DNA from: Pirellulales bacterium
GTDB lineage: Bacteria > Planctomycetota > Planctomycetia > Pirellulales > UBA1268
Assembly: GCA_044369655.1 (NCBI GenBank)
Contig: JBILWX010000006.1
Coordinates: forward strand, 2,102 to 66,101
DNA length: 64,000 nucleotides
Direction of reading: 5' to 3'
Part shown: in pieces, positions 53,320-61,501 of the stretch
Position numbering within the stretch: position 1 is the stretch's first letter
Layout of the letters: each line of letters starts with the position of its first letter
Program-made: the position numbers and the translations under genes
Notes under the pieces: model-generated
Database searches by the model: none
Told to the model about the DNA's origin: nothing
Seen by the model: only the letters and a program-made list of their open reading frames with translations

Positions 53320-53736
53320 TTACGACGGCAGGCTGCGGTGGAAGTGCACGTGCTTCCAATGGCCGGCCTGCTTCTGCCAGAGCCGTGTCTCCTCCGAGCT
53401 CCGCGTCACCGGCTTGCCGGCGTCGTCGAGCGTCTGCGTGAGGCGGACGTAGGCGACGAGCGCCACGTCGGCGGCGAGCAGTTTCACCGTCGGGCTGGTC
53501 ATCGTCGTCGTGACGGGTTTCGCGGGGGCCGCCGACTTGCCTTCGGCGGGCGGACCGGGGAGCTTGAAATAGAACTCGTGGAACGGAAGCCCCTCCACCA
53601 GATGCCCGCGGGCCTCGGGTTCGAAGCAGGTGATGTCTTCGGCCACGAGCTGGCAGTATGTCTTCCAGTCGCCGGACGCGACGGCCGCCAGCAGGCGGCG
53701 GTTGAGTTCGAGCACTTCTTCGGCGGCGGATGGCAT
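53320..53736 (-). CDS. NTF2/SnoaL-like (DUF4440-type) protein
   Basis: EEVLELNRRLLAAVASGDWKTYCQLVAEDITCFEPEA...ETRLWQKQAGHWKHVHFH is the typical CaMKII-association/SnoaL-like pattern. The start is trimmed to ATG 53736. Confidence 0.6.
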   Translation of the reverse strand: MPSAAEEVLELNRRLLAAVASGDWKTYCQLVAEDITCFEPEARGHLVEGLPFHEFYFKLPGPPAEGKSAAPAKPVTTTMTSPTVKLLAADVALVAYVRLTQTLDDAGKPVTRSSEETRLWQKQAGHWKHVHFHRSLPS

Positions 53737-53795
53737 GGGGGTGAGACTCCCGGAGGTTGAATGAACGGAGAAACGTGAAGTTGCAGGCGATCGGA

Positions 53796-54725
53796 TCAGG
53801 TCGATTCGGCGGGCCGCACGAGGCCGAGGGTCACGAGCTTGGCCAGACATTCGTCCCGCTCGCGGCAGCGTTCCAGGCCGGCCCACGAGGGATCCTGCGC
53901 CGCCAGGAAGTCGGCGTGGCCGACCGGCAGGCCCTGCTTTCCCGAGCGGGAGGCGAGCCGCTGGATCACCTCGCGGTCGAGCTTCGTCAGCCGCATCGCC
54001 TCCACGCGGTAGTCGATGAATGCCTCCCACACGAGCGGAAAGAGCGGCTGCACGATCTGTCGGCCGATCGTTTCGGCATACCGTCGGATTTCCAGCTGCG
54101 CGTGGGTGTCCATCCGCAGCGCCAGGAAGTGGAGCAGGTTGTGGAGGTCGATCTTCCAGTAGGCTTCGGTGTAGGTGGACAGCGGCAGATCCTTCCGCGC
54201 CTGTTCCCGCGCGATGCCGGCCGCCAGCCGCTCCTCGTAGACGCGCCGCGCGAGGCTCTGCAGTTCCTGCTCCGACTGCGTGAGGCTGTGGCCGGCCGAC
54301 CGTGACAGCAGGCCACCCGATCCCTGGCGGTTGCTCGCCGCCTGGCTCCGCCACTCGTCGTCGTGGGTCGACTGCATCGAGTCGATCGCCAGCGAGTAGC
54401 GTGTCGAGTATTCGTTGACGCTCGCCGTCCGGTGCCGGATCCACTGCCGCCAGCAGTCCATCGGCACGCGGACCACGAACTTCAGCTCCGCCATCTCGAA
54501 GGGGGTGGTGTGGGCGTGCCGCAGGAGATACCGGATGAGCTGGCGGTCATCGCTCACCTTGCGGGTGCCTTCGCCGTAGCTGACCCGCGCGGCCTGCACG
54601 ACGGAGCCGTCGTCTCCCATGCAGTCGACCAGCGCCACGAAGCCGTCGTCGAGCACCGGAAACTTCTTCCAGCGCAAGGACTCGAGCAGGGCGGTGCGGT
54701 CGGCGGCTGGCGTGGTCGTGCTCAT
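53796..54725 (-). CDS. thyX: FAD-dependent thymidylate synthase
   Basis: The ThyX motif RHRTASVNEYSTRY, plus HTTPFE. The start is at MSTTTPAAD. Confidence 0.9.
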   Translation of the reverse strand: MSTTTPAADRTALLESLRWKKFPVLDDGFVALVDCMGDDGSVVQAARVSYGEGTRKVSDDRQLIRYLLRHAHTTPFEMAELKFVVRVPMDCWRQWIRHRTASVNEYSTRYSLAIDSMQSTHDDEWRSQAASNRQGSGGLLSRSAGHSLTQSEQELQSLARRVYEERLAAGIAREQARKDLPLSTYTEAYWKIDLHNLLHFLALRMDTHAQLEIRRYAETIGRQIVQPLFPLVWEAFIDYRVEAMRLTKLDREVIQRLASRSGKQGLPVGHADFLAAQDPSWAGLERCRERDECLAKLVTLGLVRPAEST

Positions 54726-54780
54726 CGCGAGGTTCCCGGAGGGTGGAAGCCTCACAGGATGGAGCACGACCGCCGTGTGG

Positions 54781-55041
54781 TCAATCCTTCGCCAGCAGTT
54801 CCTGCAGGATCTTGGCGAGTTGGCGGGCGTCGTCCGATTTCACGATCGTCGCGATCCGGCTCTGGGGCACGCCCAGCTTGGCCAGCGACTTCTCGATGGT
54901 TTCCCAGAGTTTGGCCCGCTTCTTGCCTTCCGCGAGGTAGAGGTCGGTGACCTGCTCCCCCAGCCGCTGGAGCAGGGCCGTATCGAGGTTGTCGTAGTAA
55001 TTCTTGACGATCGATTGCTGGTATTTTGAGAGTTCCGCCAT
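54781..55041 (-). CDS. Hypothetical small helical protein (86 aa)
   Basis: MAELSKYQQSIVKNYYDNLDTALLQRLGEQVTDLYLAEGKKRAKLWETIEKSL.. The track start at 55146 was trimmed. Confidence 0.5.
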   Translation of the reverse strand: MAELSKYQQSIVKNYYDNLDTALLQRLGEQVTDLYLAEGKKRAKLWETIEKSLAKLGVPQSRIATIVKSDDARQLAKILQELLAKD

Positions 55042-55126
55042 GATCCCGGTTCCGGTCTGCTGGAAGGACTGTCCCGCGCTGGCTACAGTATCGGTCAAAC
55101 CACCCCACTCAAGCGAGAATATTCCG

Positions 55127-55474
55127 ATGCCGACCATCACGTTCACGAATGAAAAAAAGGAAATTCAGGTCCCCGAGGGGGCCAACCTCCGCAAAGAGGC
55201 CTTGGCGGCGGGCGTCGCCCTCTACCCGGGGATCCACAAGGTCGCGAACTGCCACGGCATGGGGTCGTGCGGCAGCTGCCGGGTGCTCATCACCAAGGGG
55301 ATGGAAAACGTCAGCCCCCGGGGCATCCTCGAAGCGGCCCGCATGGCGGTGTCGCTGGCCTACATCGGCAACGAGAGCACCATGCGGCTCGCCTGCCAGA
55401 CGAAGGTGAAGGGCGACATCACCGTCACCACCTGCCCGCCCTTGAACCTTTTCGGCGAAAACTTCTTCAGCTGA
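55127..55474 (+). CDS. [2Fe-2S] ferredoxin-like protein
   Basis: NCHGMGSCGSCRV ... RLACQT is a plant-type 2Fe-2S Cys pattern. The product is 115 aa. Confidence 0.7.
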   Translation: MPTITFTNEKKEIQVPEGANLRKEALAAGVALYPGIHKVANCHGMGSCGSCRVLITKGMENVSPRGILEAARMAVSLAYIGNESTMRLACQTKVKGDITVTTCPPLNLFGENFFS

Positions 55475-55563
55475 ATTCACGAAAAACATGGCATCATGCA
55501 ATTTTGTTGGGCTCTCCCAGGCCTGGAGGGCCGGGTAAGTACCAGCGGGCGGAGGCCCGCCAA

Positions 55564-55591
55564 GAAAAAACGACACGATGTCGTGTTTTTC
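55564..55591 (+). terminator. Rho-independent terminator (bidirectional A/T-flanked hairpin)
   Basis: GAAAAAACGACAC-GAT-GTCGTGTTTTTC. A second GC hairpin, GCGGGC-GGAG-GCCCGC, lies just upstream. Confidence 0.65.
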
Positions 55592-55785
55592 GTGAAGCAT
55601 CTTCGCCGGCTGCGGCATGCTCGTCGCCGGCGGATTCTGCTCCAGGAGACTCGTGGATGATGGTGGATCGCTCGTGAGTCGCAGAATTCACCGGCTCCTG
55701 CGCGTGCCTCCGACCGGCTCCTCAGCATCGGGAGTTTGGGTGCCCCAGCGAGTCCCCTCCGGCATCCCCACCTGAACGTGACACC

Positions 55786-56094
55786 ATGAAAGAAGTCATC
55801 GCCATCGTGAAGCCGTTCCTCGCGGAGCGGGTGCTCGAGGCGCTCAAGTTCGCACCGCTGGAGGCCTGCACGGTCCGCGAGGTGAAGGGCTTCGGGCGGC
55901 AGAAGAGCTACCTCGACCAATACGGCGAGAGCGACTACGCCCAGGCATTCCTGCCGAAGGTTGAGATTCAGCTCTGGGTGGACGATGCCCGGGTGGACGA
56001 GGTGGTCGACCGCATCGTCGAAGTCGCTCGCACCGGCCGCATGGGCGACGGCAAGATCTTCGTCCTGCCGGCGACCGAACGGGCGATGGTGTGA
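55786..56094 (+). CDS. P-II family signal-transduction protein
   Basis: MKEVIAIVKPF...VKGFGRQK (T-loop)...GRMGDGKIFVLP. The product is 102 aa. Confidence 0.85.
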   Translation: MKEVIAIVKPFLAERVLEALKFAPLEACTVREVKGFGRQKSYLDQYGESDYAQAFLPKVEIQLWVDDARVDEVVDRIVEVARTGRMGDGKIFVLPATERAMV

Positions 56095-56110
56095 GGGGCA
56101 TTCCCTCTTG

Positions 56111-57076
56111 CTACTTGAGAAAGATGCCCGTGGCGTACCAGATGCCGTTGGAGCCACGGCGGATGTCGTAGCCGTAGGCCGCTTGGGGGCTGCGGACCGC
56201 GTTCCAGTGGCCCGACGACTGCCGCCAGCTGGCCACGCAGTCGACGCACGAATCGAGCAGGTCCTGGTTCTCCCAGCTTTCGGCGCAGACCTCCGCGGCG
56301 CCGCCACGGCCGGCGGCGATCCGCTGCGAACGTGTCTGCCAGTCGTGATGGCCTTGCTTGCGAATCCTGGCCTGATGGCCCGAGTGGGCTGCTGCTTCCT
56401 GGCAGAGCTGCGGATCGCACGTGCCCTGGGTGCTCTGCGGGTGTTCCGGATGCACCCGGACGGCGAGGATCAGCGATCGCTGGGTAAGCGTGCCCGCCGG
56501 CAGCGTGGCCAGTTCGTCGACGTGGGCCGTGCTGAATCGATAATACTTGCCGGGTGTCCGCGGCAGGATCGACACGATCCTGCCGGCGAGTCCACCGTGG
56601 GCGTGGTCGACGACGAAGACACCAGGCCCACGCCGCATTTCCACGAGACTGGGATCGCCCACGAGGCCGGCGCCCGAGTCCTGCATGCCGACGCGGCAGA
56701 ACACCCAGGGCGTGCCGCTGGTGGCAAACCGCTGCTGCACGTCGGGGCGTTCGAGATGCTGACCGACCAGATCGGCCGGGTCGCCGCCGGCGGGCTCCAC
56801 CGACACCAAAAGCATCGCCTGCGCTTGCCGGGCGGCCTCCGTTGCAGCGGCGTAGTCGTCGACCCGCTGCACCGGGCCACCGGCTGATTCGGCCGCGAAG
56901 GCTGGCGGAGCGGGGGTCGCCGCGAACTCGACGGGAGGCGCGGCGTGGGTGCCGGTGGCGATGACCAGCGGACCGATGACCAGTGACGGGAGTCGGCAGC
57001 AGGACCGGCCAAACCAACCCAGAACGGTCGTCGTGGCAGGCAGGCTGGCGGGTAACGTGGTGGCGTGAATGGTCAT
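56111..57076 (-). CDS. CAP/SCP (YkwD-like) domain protein with N-terminal anchor
   Basis: The C-terminus ..SWRQSSGHWNAVRSPQAAYGYDIRRGSNGIWYATGIF is CAP-domain-like. The start is taken at MTIHATT. Confidence 0.55.
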   Translation of the reverse strand: MTIHATTLPASLPATTTVLGWFGRSCCRLPSLVIGPLVIATGTHAAPPVEFAATPAPPAFAAESAGGPVQRVDDYAAATEAARQAQAMLLVSVEPAGGDPADLVGQHLERPDVQQRFATSGTPWVFCRVGMQDSGAGLVGDPSLVEMRRGPGVFVVDHAHGGLAGRIVSILPRTPGKYYRFSTAHVDELATLPAGTLTQRSLILAVRVHPEHPQSTQGTCDPQLCQEAAAHSGHQARIRKQGHHDWQTRSQRIAAGRGGAAEVCAESWENQDLLDSCVDCVASWRQSSGHWNAVRSPQAAYGYDIRRGSNGIWYATGIFLK

Positions 57077-57396
57077 CGGGGAACCCTCTCCTTGGTGTTG
57101 CGTGCAGCAGTCGATCCCTGGGAACGCCGGCGATTGAATGGCCGTGACAGCGGCCTGGCAAGCGTTGACGGTCGCGTAGGCCGGGGTAGAAGCGACGGCT
57201 TTTCTCAACTTGCGGCCTGGGCGGTCTGCTTCAAGTGCCGTGGCTGCCGCAGGTTGCGGCCGATGGTGCAAAAAAGATTTTTTCCCGCGGCAAAAGGGGG
57301 GGATTTTGGCTTCCCACGGCCGCTGTGGAGGGGATTCGGCCAACAGACTACACTCCGGCTCGTTTCACCCTTCCCCCCAACGACAGGCTTTGGCTC

Positions 57397-59433
57397 ATGG
57401 CTTCCAGCACTCTCCTCCGCGTAGCAGCGTCCCGGACCCCCTCTGGCTGGCGGTTGGCCGTAGGGGGTGTCGTCTGGGCCGCCCTCATGGCGGTCATGCC
57501 GGTGGCCTCCGCCCAACTGCCCGCCCAGCGGCTCGAGCAACTGGCCAACGAGGCCCTGCAGGCCACGGAAACCTTCCGTCCGGCCGATGACGCCGCCCTC
57601 GAGTCGGCCGCTGCCGGGCTGCGGCAGGCTCTCCAGCCGCTCGACAGGCTCCTCGGCCGCAGCAAGAGCGGCGCGGCCTGGCGGACCTATCTCGACTGGC
57701 CTGCGCTGCAGGCACAGGCCGCCTCCGGTGCGGCGGCCGACCCCGCCACCCTGCGGCGGCTGGAGGAACTGCTGAACGCCACCGAGACAGGCCTCGACAT
57801 GCCCGAGTTCGTCCGGGCGCGGAAGGCGGTGACGCGGTATGCCGAAGTGGCCGATGCCGCCCGTGGCAACGGGGCCAACCGGATGAGCCAGCGGCTCGGG
57901 GCGTTGGCCTCGTCGCTGTTCTCCGCCTCCGCCACGGGGTCTGCCGAGAGCCTGGCGCCGGTGCCGCCGATCCTGGAGCGGCTGGTCGAGGCGGGGCAGG
58001 CTCCTGCGGTCGTGGCCGCCGTTCGCGGTGCCAACTCCCGGCCGAACATCCTGCTTGAAATGCACGAGAGCCTGCTCGCGCACGCCGTGAATCGTCCCGT
58101 CGATCAGGTGATGCCGGTCGACGAGGTCGTGCTGGGCACCAGGGTTCGTGGCAACGGCCGCACGAACGGCCATGTCCGGCTCGACTTCGTGCCGTCCACC
58201 GATCGAGCGGCATTCGATCTCGTGATGGACGGCACCAACATTTCCCACACCCGCGGCTCGCAGGGGCCTGTGACCGTCAGCAGCCGAGGCGTGACGAATC
58301 TCTCGGCACGGCGACGGCTTTATCTCGACGAGTTCTCGGCCTCCGCCTCTCCCGTGCAGGCCTCCGCGACGACCGACACCACGATCACCGGCATGTCCAT
58401 CAACTCGCGGTTCGGAAAGCGGCTGATCCAGAAGATCGCCAGTCGCAAGATCGCCGAGACCAAGCCGCAGGCCGAGGCCATTGCCGAAGGCAGGGCTCGG
58501 GATCGGCTCAGACGGAAGTTTCAGGAGGAATCGGAGCCTGCCGCCACGCAGTTCCGCGACGAGTTCCAGCAGAAGGTGCGCGGGCCGCTCGAGAAGCAGG
58601 GGCTCTATCCGGAAATGCTCCACATGAACACGACCGACACCACGCTCGCCATCACCGCCCGCAAGGCAACCGCCAGCCAACTCGCGGCAGCGAGCCTGCC
58701 GCCCGCCGCAGACACCGGCAACCTCATCTCCGCCCGCGTGCACGAGTCGGCGATCAACAACATGCTCGAGGAAAAACTGGGCGGCCGCATGATCACGCAG
58801 GCCGATGTCGATCGGATGGCCCGCGAAAGCAAGGCGAAGATACCGGAGTCGCTCGGCAGCGACCCCGAACAAAAGGCGTGGGCGGTGACGTTCGCGAAGC
58901 ACCGGCCGGTCACCGTGGCGGTTGACGACGGCCGCGTGAAGGTGATGGTCCGGGGCGACAAGTTCGTGTCGGGTGACCGGAGCTTCCCGGGCATGGACAT
59001 CTGGGCCACGTATGCGATCGGCCGGTCGTCGCAGGGGCTGCATCTCATCCGCGAAGGGGACGTGCAGATCTACCCGCCGGGATTCAAGCCGGGTGGCCGG
59101 GAGAAGCTGTCGATGGCGGAGACCTCACTGCGACGCATCCTGCAAAAGCGATTCGACAAGCTCTTCAAGGACATGATCGACATCCCCGACCTGCCGCTGC
59201 AGGGCGAATTGGCCGCGGCCGGCCCCCTGCCGCTGCGGCAATTGGTGGCGCGAAAGGATGGCTGGGTGGTGGCCGGTTGGCACCGTCGCGACGCGGCCCT
59301 TCCCGCCATGGACCGCTCCTTCCCCGTCGAAACGATCTTGCACGAGCAACCCGCGCCGACCGCGGTCGTTCCCGCGGAGATCCTCTCGGGAGGGGCGGCT
59401 CCGGCCGACCCGCTGGTGGCGGTCGTGCGGTAG
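57397..59433 (+). CDS. Large secreted hypothetical protein (678 aa)
   Basis: It has a signal-like N-terminus (WRLAVGGVVWAALMAVMPVASA|Q) and good GC3 bias. I recognised no family. Confidence 0.6.
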   Translation: MASSTLLRVAASRTPSGWRLAVGGVVWAALMAVMPVASAQLPAQRLEQLANEALQATETFRPADDAALESAAAGLRQALQPLDRLLGRSKSGAAWRTYLDWPALQAQAASGAAADPATLRRLEELLNATETGLDMPEFVRARKAVTRYAEVADAARGNGANRMSQRLGALASSLFSASATGSAESLAPVPPILERLVEAGQAPAVVAAVRGANSRPNILLEMHESLLAHAVNRPVDQVMPVDEVVLGTRVRGNGRTNGHVRLDFVPSTDRAAFDLVMDGTNISHTRGSQGPVTVSSRGVTNLSARRRLYLDEFSASASPVQASATTDTTITGMSINSRFGKRLIQKIASRKIAETKPQAEAIAEGRARDRLRRKFQEESEPAATQFRDEFQQKVRGPLEKQGLYPEMLHMNTTDTTLAITARKATASQLAAASLPPAADTGNLISARVHESAINNMLEEKLGGRMITQADVDRMARESKAKIPESLGSDPEQKAWAVTFAKHRPVTVAVDDGRVKVMVRGDKFVSGDRSFPGMDIWATYAIGRSSQGLHLIREGDVQIYPPGFKPGGREKLSMAETSLRRILQKRFDKLFKDMIDIPDLPLQGELAAAGPLPLRQLVARKDGWVVAGWHRRDAALPAMDRSFPVETILHEQPAPTAVVPAEILSGGAAPADPLVAVVR

Positions 59434-59446
59434 CGGCAAGCCGTCC

Positions 59447-59698
59447 ATGAACGACATGAACGACGATATCCTGCGGGCGATCGACCTGGCTCTCGACGAC
59501 CGGTGGGACGAGGCCCACGAGATCGCGCAGCGGTACGAGTCGGACGCCACGGCCCAGTGGCTGCACGCCGTGTTGCACAAGATCGAGGGTGATCTTTCCA
59601 ACAGCCGCTACTGGTATCGGCAGGCCGGCCGGCTCGACTGGGCGGACAAGGAACCGCTCGAAGAACTGCGGTCGATCCGGGCCACGCTCACCGGCTGA
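59447..59698 (+). CDS. Hypothetical small protein (83 aa)
   Basis: MNDMNDDILRAIDLALDDRWDEAHEIAQRYESDATAQWLHAVLHKIEGDLSNSRYWY.. lies 14 nt after the upstream stop. Confidence 0.5.
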   Translation: MNDMNDDILRAIDLALDDRWDEAHEIAQRYESDATAQWLHAVLHKIEGDLSNSRYWYRQAGRLDWADKEPLEELRSIRATLTG

Positions 59699-59728
59699 CG
59701 GCCTGGATCAGCGTGTTGGGGCCCATAC

Positions 59729-59754
59729 AAGCCCGACGCGCGAGCGAGGGAATC
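59729..59754 (-). repeat. REP-like repeat, inverted copy
   Basis: The reverse complement GATTCCCTCGCTCGCGCGTCGGGCTT matches 12384-12410. It is followed by the direct repeat GTTCATTCGG x2. Confidence 0.65.
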
Positions 59755-59776
59755 CGTGTCCCATGTTCATTCGGGT

Positions 59777-61489
59777 TCATTCGGGCACGACCGGCTCGAA
59801 GGGGCGGATCCAGATCGAGCGGAACTGCACCGGATTGCCATGGTCCTGCAGCGAGATCGGCAGGGCGTCGGCATGAGCCTTGTAGCTGGGCGGCTCATGC
59901 CACACCGTGTCACCCTTGATCACCGTGTCGGAATGGATCGCCACGCCGTTGTGCAGCACGCTCACCCGGCCGGGTTTCGCAAGCGAGCCATCGCCGCGGA
60001 ACCGGGGCCGGGTGAACAGGATGTCGTAGGTCTGCCACTCACCCGGCTTGCGGCAGGCATTGACCGCCGGTGGCTGCTGCTTGTAGAGGGCGCCGCACTG
60101 GCCGTCGGGATAGGTCAGGGGCCCGTCGGTGCCGTCTTCGAACGAATCGAGCACCTGGATCTCGTACTCGCTCATCAAAAAGATGCCGGAGTTGCCGCGG
60201 CCCTGACCTTTGCCCGTGGCCGGCGCTGGCAGCCGAAACTCGACGTGGAGGTGGCAATCGCCGAAGGCTTGCTTGGTCTGGATGCTCCCCTTGCCGACCG
60301 TGGCCACACCATCTGCCACCGGCCAGTTTTCCCCTCCCACCCAGGAGTCGAGGCTCTTGCCATCGAAGAGCACGATCGCGTCGGCGGGCACGGGGGCGGG
60401 GTTCGCCGGTGCCGGCCCCGGATCGACCGGCCGCGGCCGAGGCCACACGATCGGCATCCGCCATTCGCCGCTGGCATGTTTCTCGCCCCGCAGTTGCAGC
60501 CGCCGCGACCGGATCGATTCGGTGATCTCCCGCGCCTTGGCCTCAGCGTCGCCGATCGGCAGTCCTGTGGGCATCCCCGGCCGGAGATGCCCCGCCGCAG
60601 CGAGGTAGGCATCGCGAAGCACTTTCATGCGGGCCGTCACCTCCGGCAGAAAGGCCGCCAGCGCCGTCGGCGAGGCCGCGGCCTGCTCGTCCAGCCCCGC
60701 CAGCACCGCCCGACAGATCGCCCAGTGGCCTTCGTCATTGGGGTGGACGGTGTCGGGCGAGAAGACAGCCGACGGTTCCTTCGACCGGGCGGCGGACAAC
60801 GCCGTCTTCATCGGTCCATGCACGTCGATCACCGTCCAGCCATCCGCCCGCTTCGAGAGCAGCCACTGCGAATAGGCCTCGAGCACCGCGTCGTAGTCTG
60901 TCTGGCCGGCCGGACCGGGCTGATCGGCACGCTTGTCGTAGACAGGCGGCGTGAGGTGGATGATCTTCGCGCCGGCCTGCTCGACGGCGTCGTGCAGCCG
61001 TTGCATGCCGTCGCGAAACTTCGCAAACCGCGGCTCGTCGAGCGGCTCGTAGATGCCGCAGTTCATGCCATAACAGGCGACGACGAGATCGGGCCTGGTG
61101 ACACGGAGCACCCGCTCGAGACGCTCGTCCAGGGCGGGCCGGGGGAATTTCCCGTCCGCATGCCCGCTCTCCGAGAGCCCCGAGACCGTCTCGCTCGGCA
61201 GGCCGACATCGATGACCTCGCCCGTGAGTCCCTCCGCTTCCATCCACGCCGCCAGGTCGGCGATCCAGCGACCGTCATACGTGATCGAATCCCCGAGGAA
61301 GACGATCCGGCGGGCGTCTTGCACCATCGCCCGCGGCGACGAGGAAGGTGCGGCAGTCACCGGCGTGGCCGGGCAGAGGGCTGCGGCGAAGAGGCCGAGT
61401 GCGAGGATATCGCGCAGAGAACGGCGCCGTTCCCGACCGGTTCCCCGCGTGAGCGCTTCGGGACTGCATGGAAGGATGGCTCTGTCCAC
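59777..61489 (-). CDS. SGNH/GDSL hydrolase fused to a DUF1080 (3-keto-disaccharide hydrolase-like) domain
   Basis: The N-terminal half has IVFLGDSITYDG (block I). The C-terminal half has LFDGKSLDSW..HVEFR..GNSGIFL..YEIQVLD..LQDHGNPVQFRSIWIRP, typical of DUF1080. Confidence 0.8.
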   Translation of the reverse strand: MDRAILPCSPEALTRGTGRERRRSLRDILALGLFAAALCPATPVTAAPSSSPRAMVQDARRIVFLGDSITYDGRWIADLAAWMEAEGLTGEVIDVGLPSETVSGLSESGHADGKFPRPALDERLERVLRVTRPDLVVACYGMNCGIYEPLDEPRFAKFRDGMQRLHDAVEQAGAKIIHLTPPVYDKRADQPGPAGQTDYDAVLEAYSQWLLSKRADGWTVIDVHGPMKTALSAARSKEPSAVFSPDTVHPNDEGHWAICRAVLAGLDEQAAASPTALAAFLPEVTARMKVLRDAYLAAAGHLRPGMPTGLPIGDAEAKAREITESIRSRRLQLRGEKHASGEWRMPIVWPRPRPVDPGPAPANPAPVPADAIVLFDGKSLDSWVGGENWPVADGVATVGKGSIQTKQAFGDCHLHVEFRLPAPATGKGQGRGNSGIFLMSEYEIQVLDSFEDGTDGPLTYPDGQCGALYKQQPPAVNACRKPGEWQTYDILFTRPRFRGDGSLAKPGRVSVLHNGVAIHSDTVIKGDTVWHEPPSYKAHADALPISLQDHGNPVQFRSIWIRPFEPVVPE

Positions 61490-61501
61490 GAACGGTTCTC
61501 C

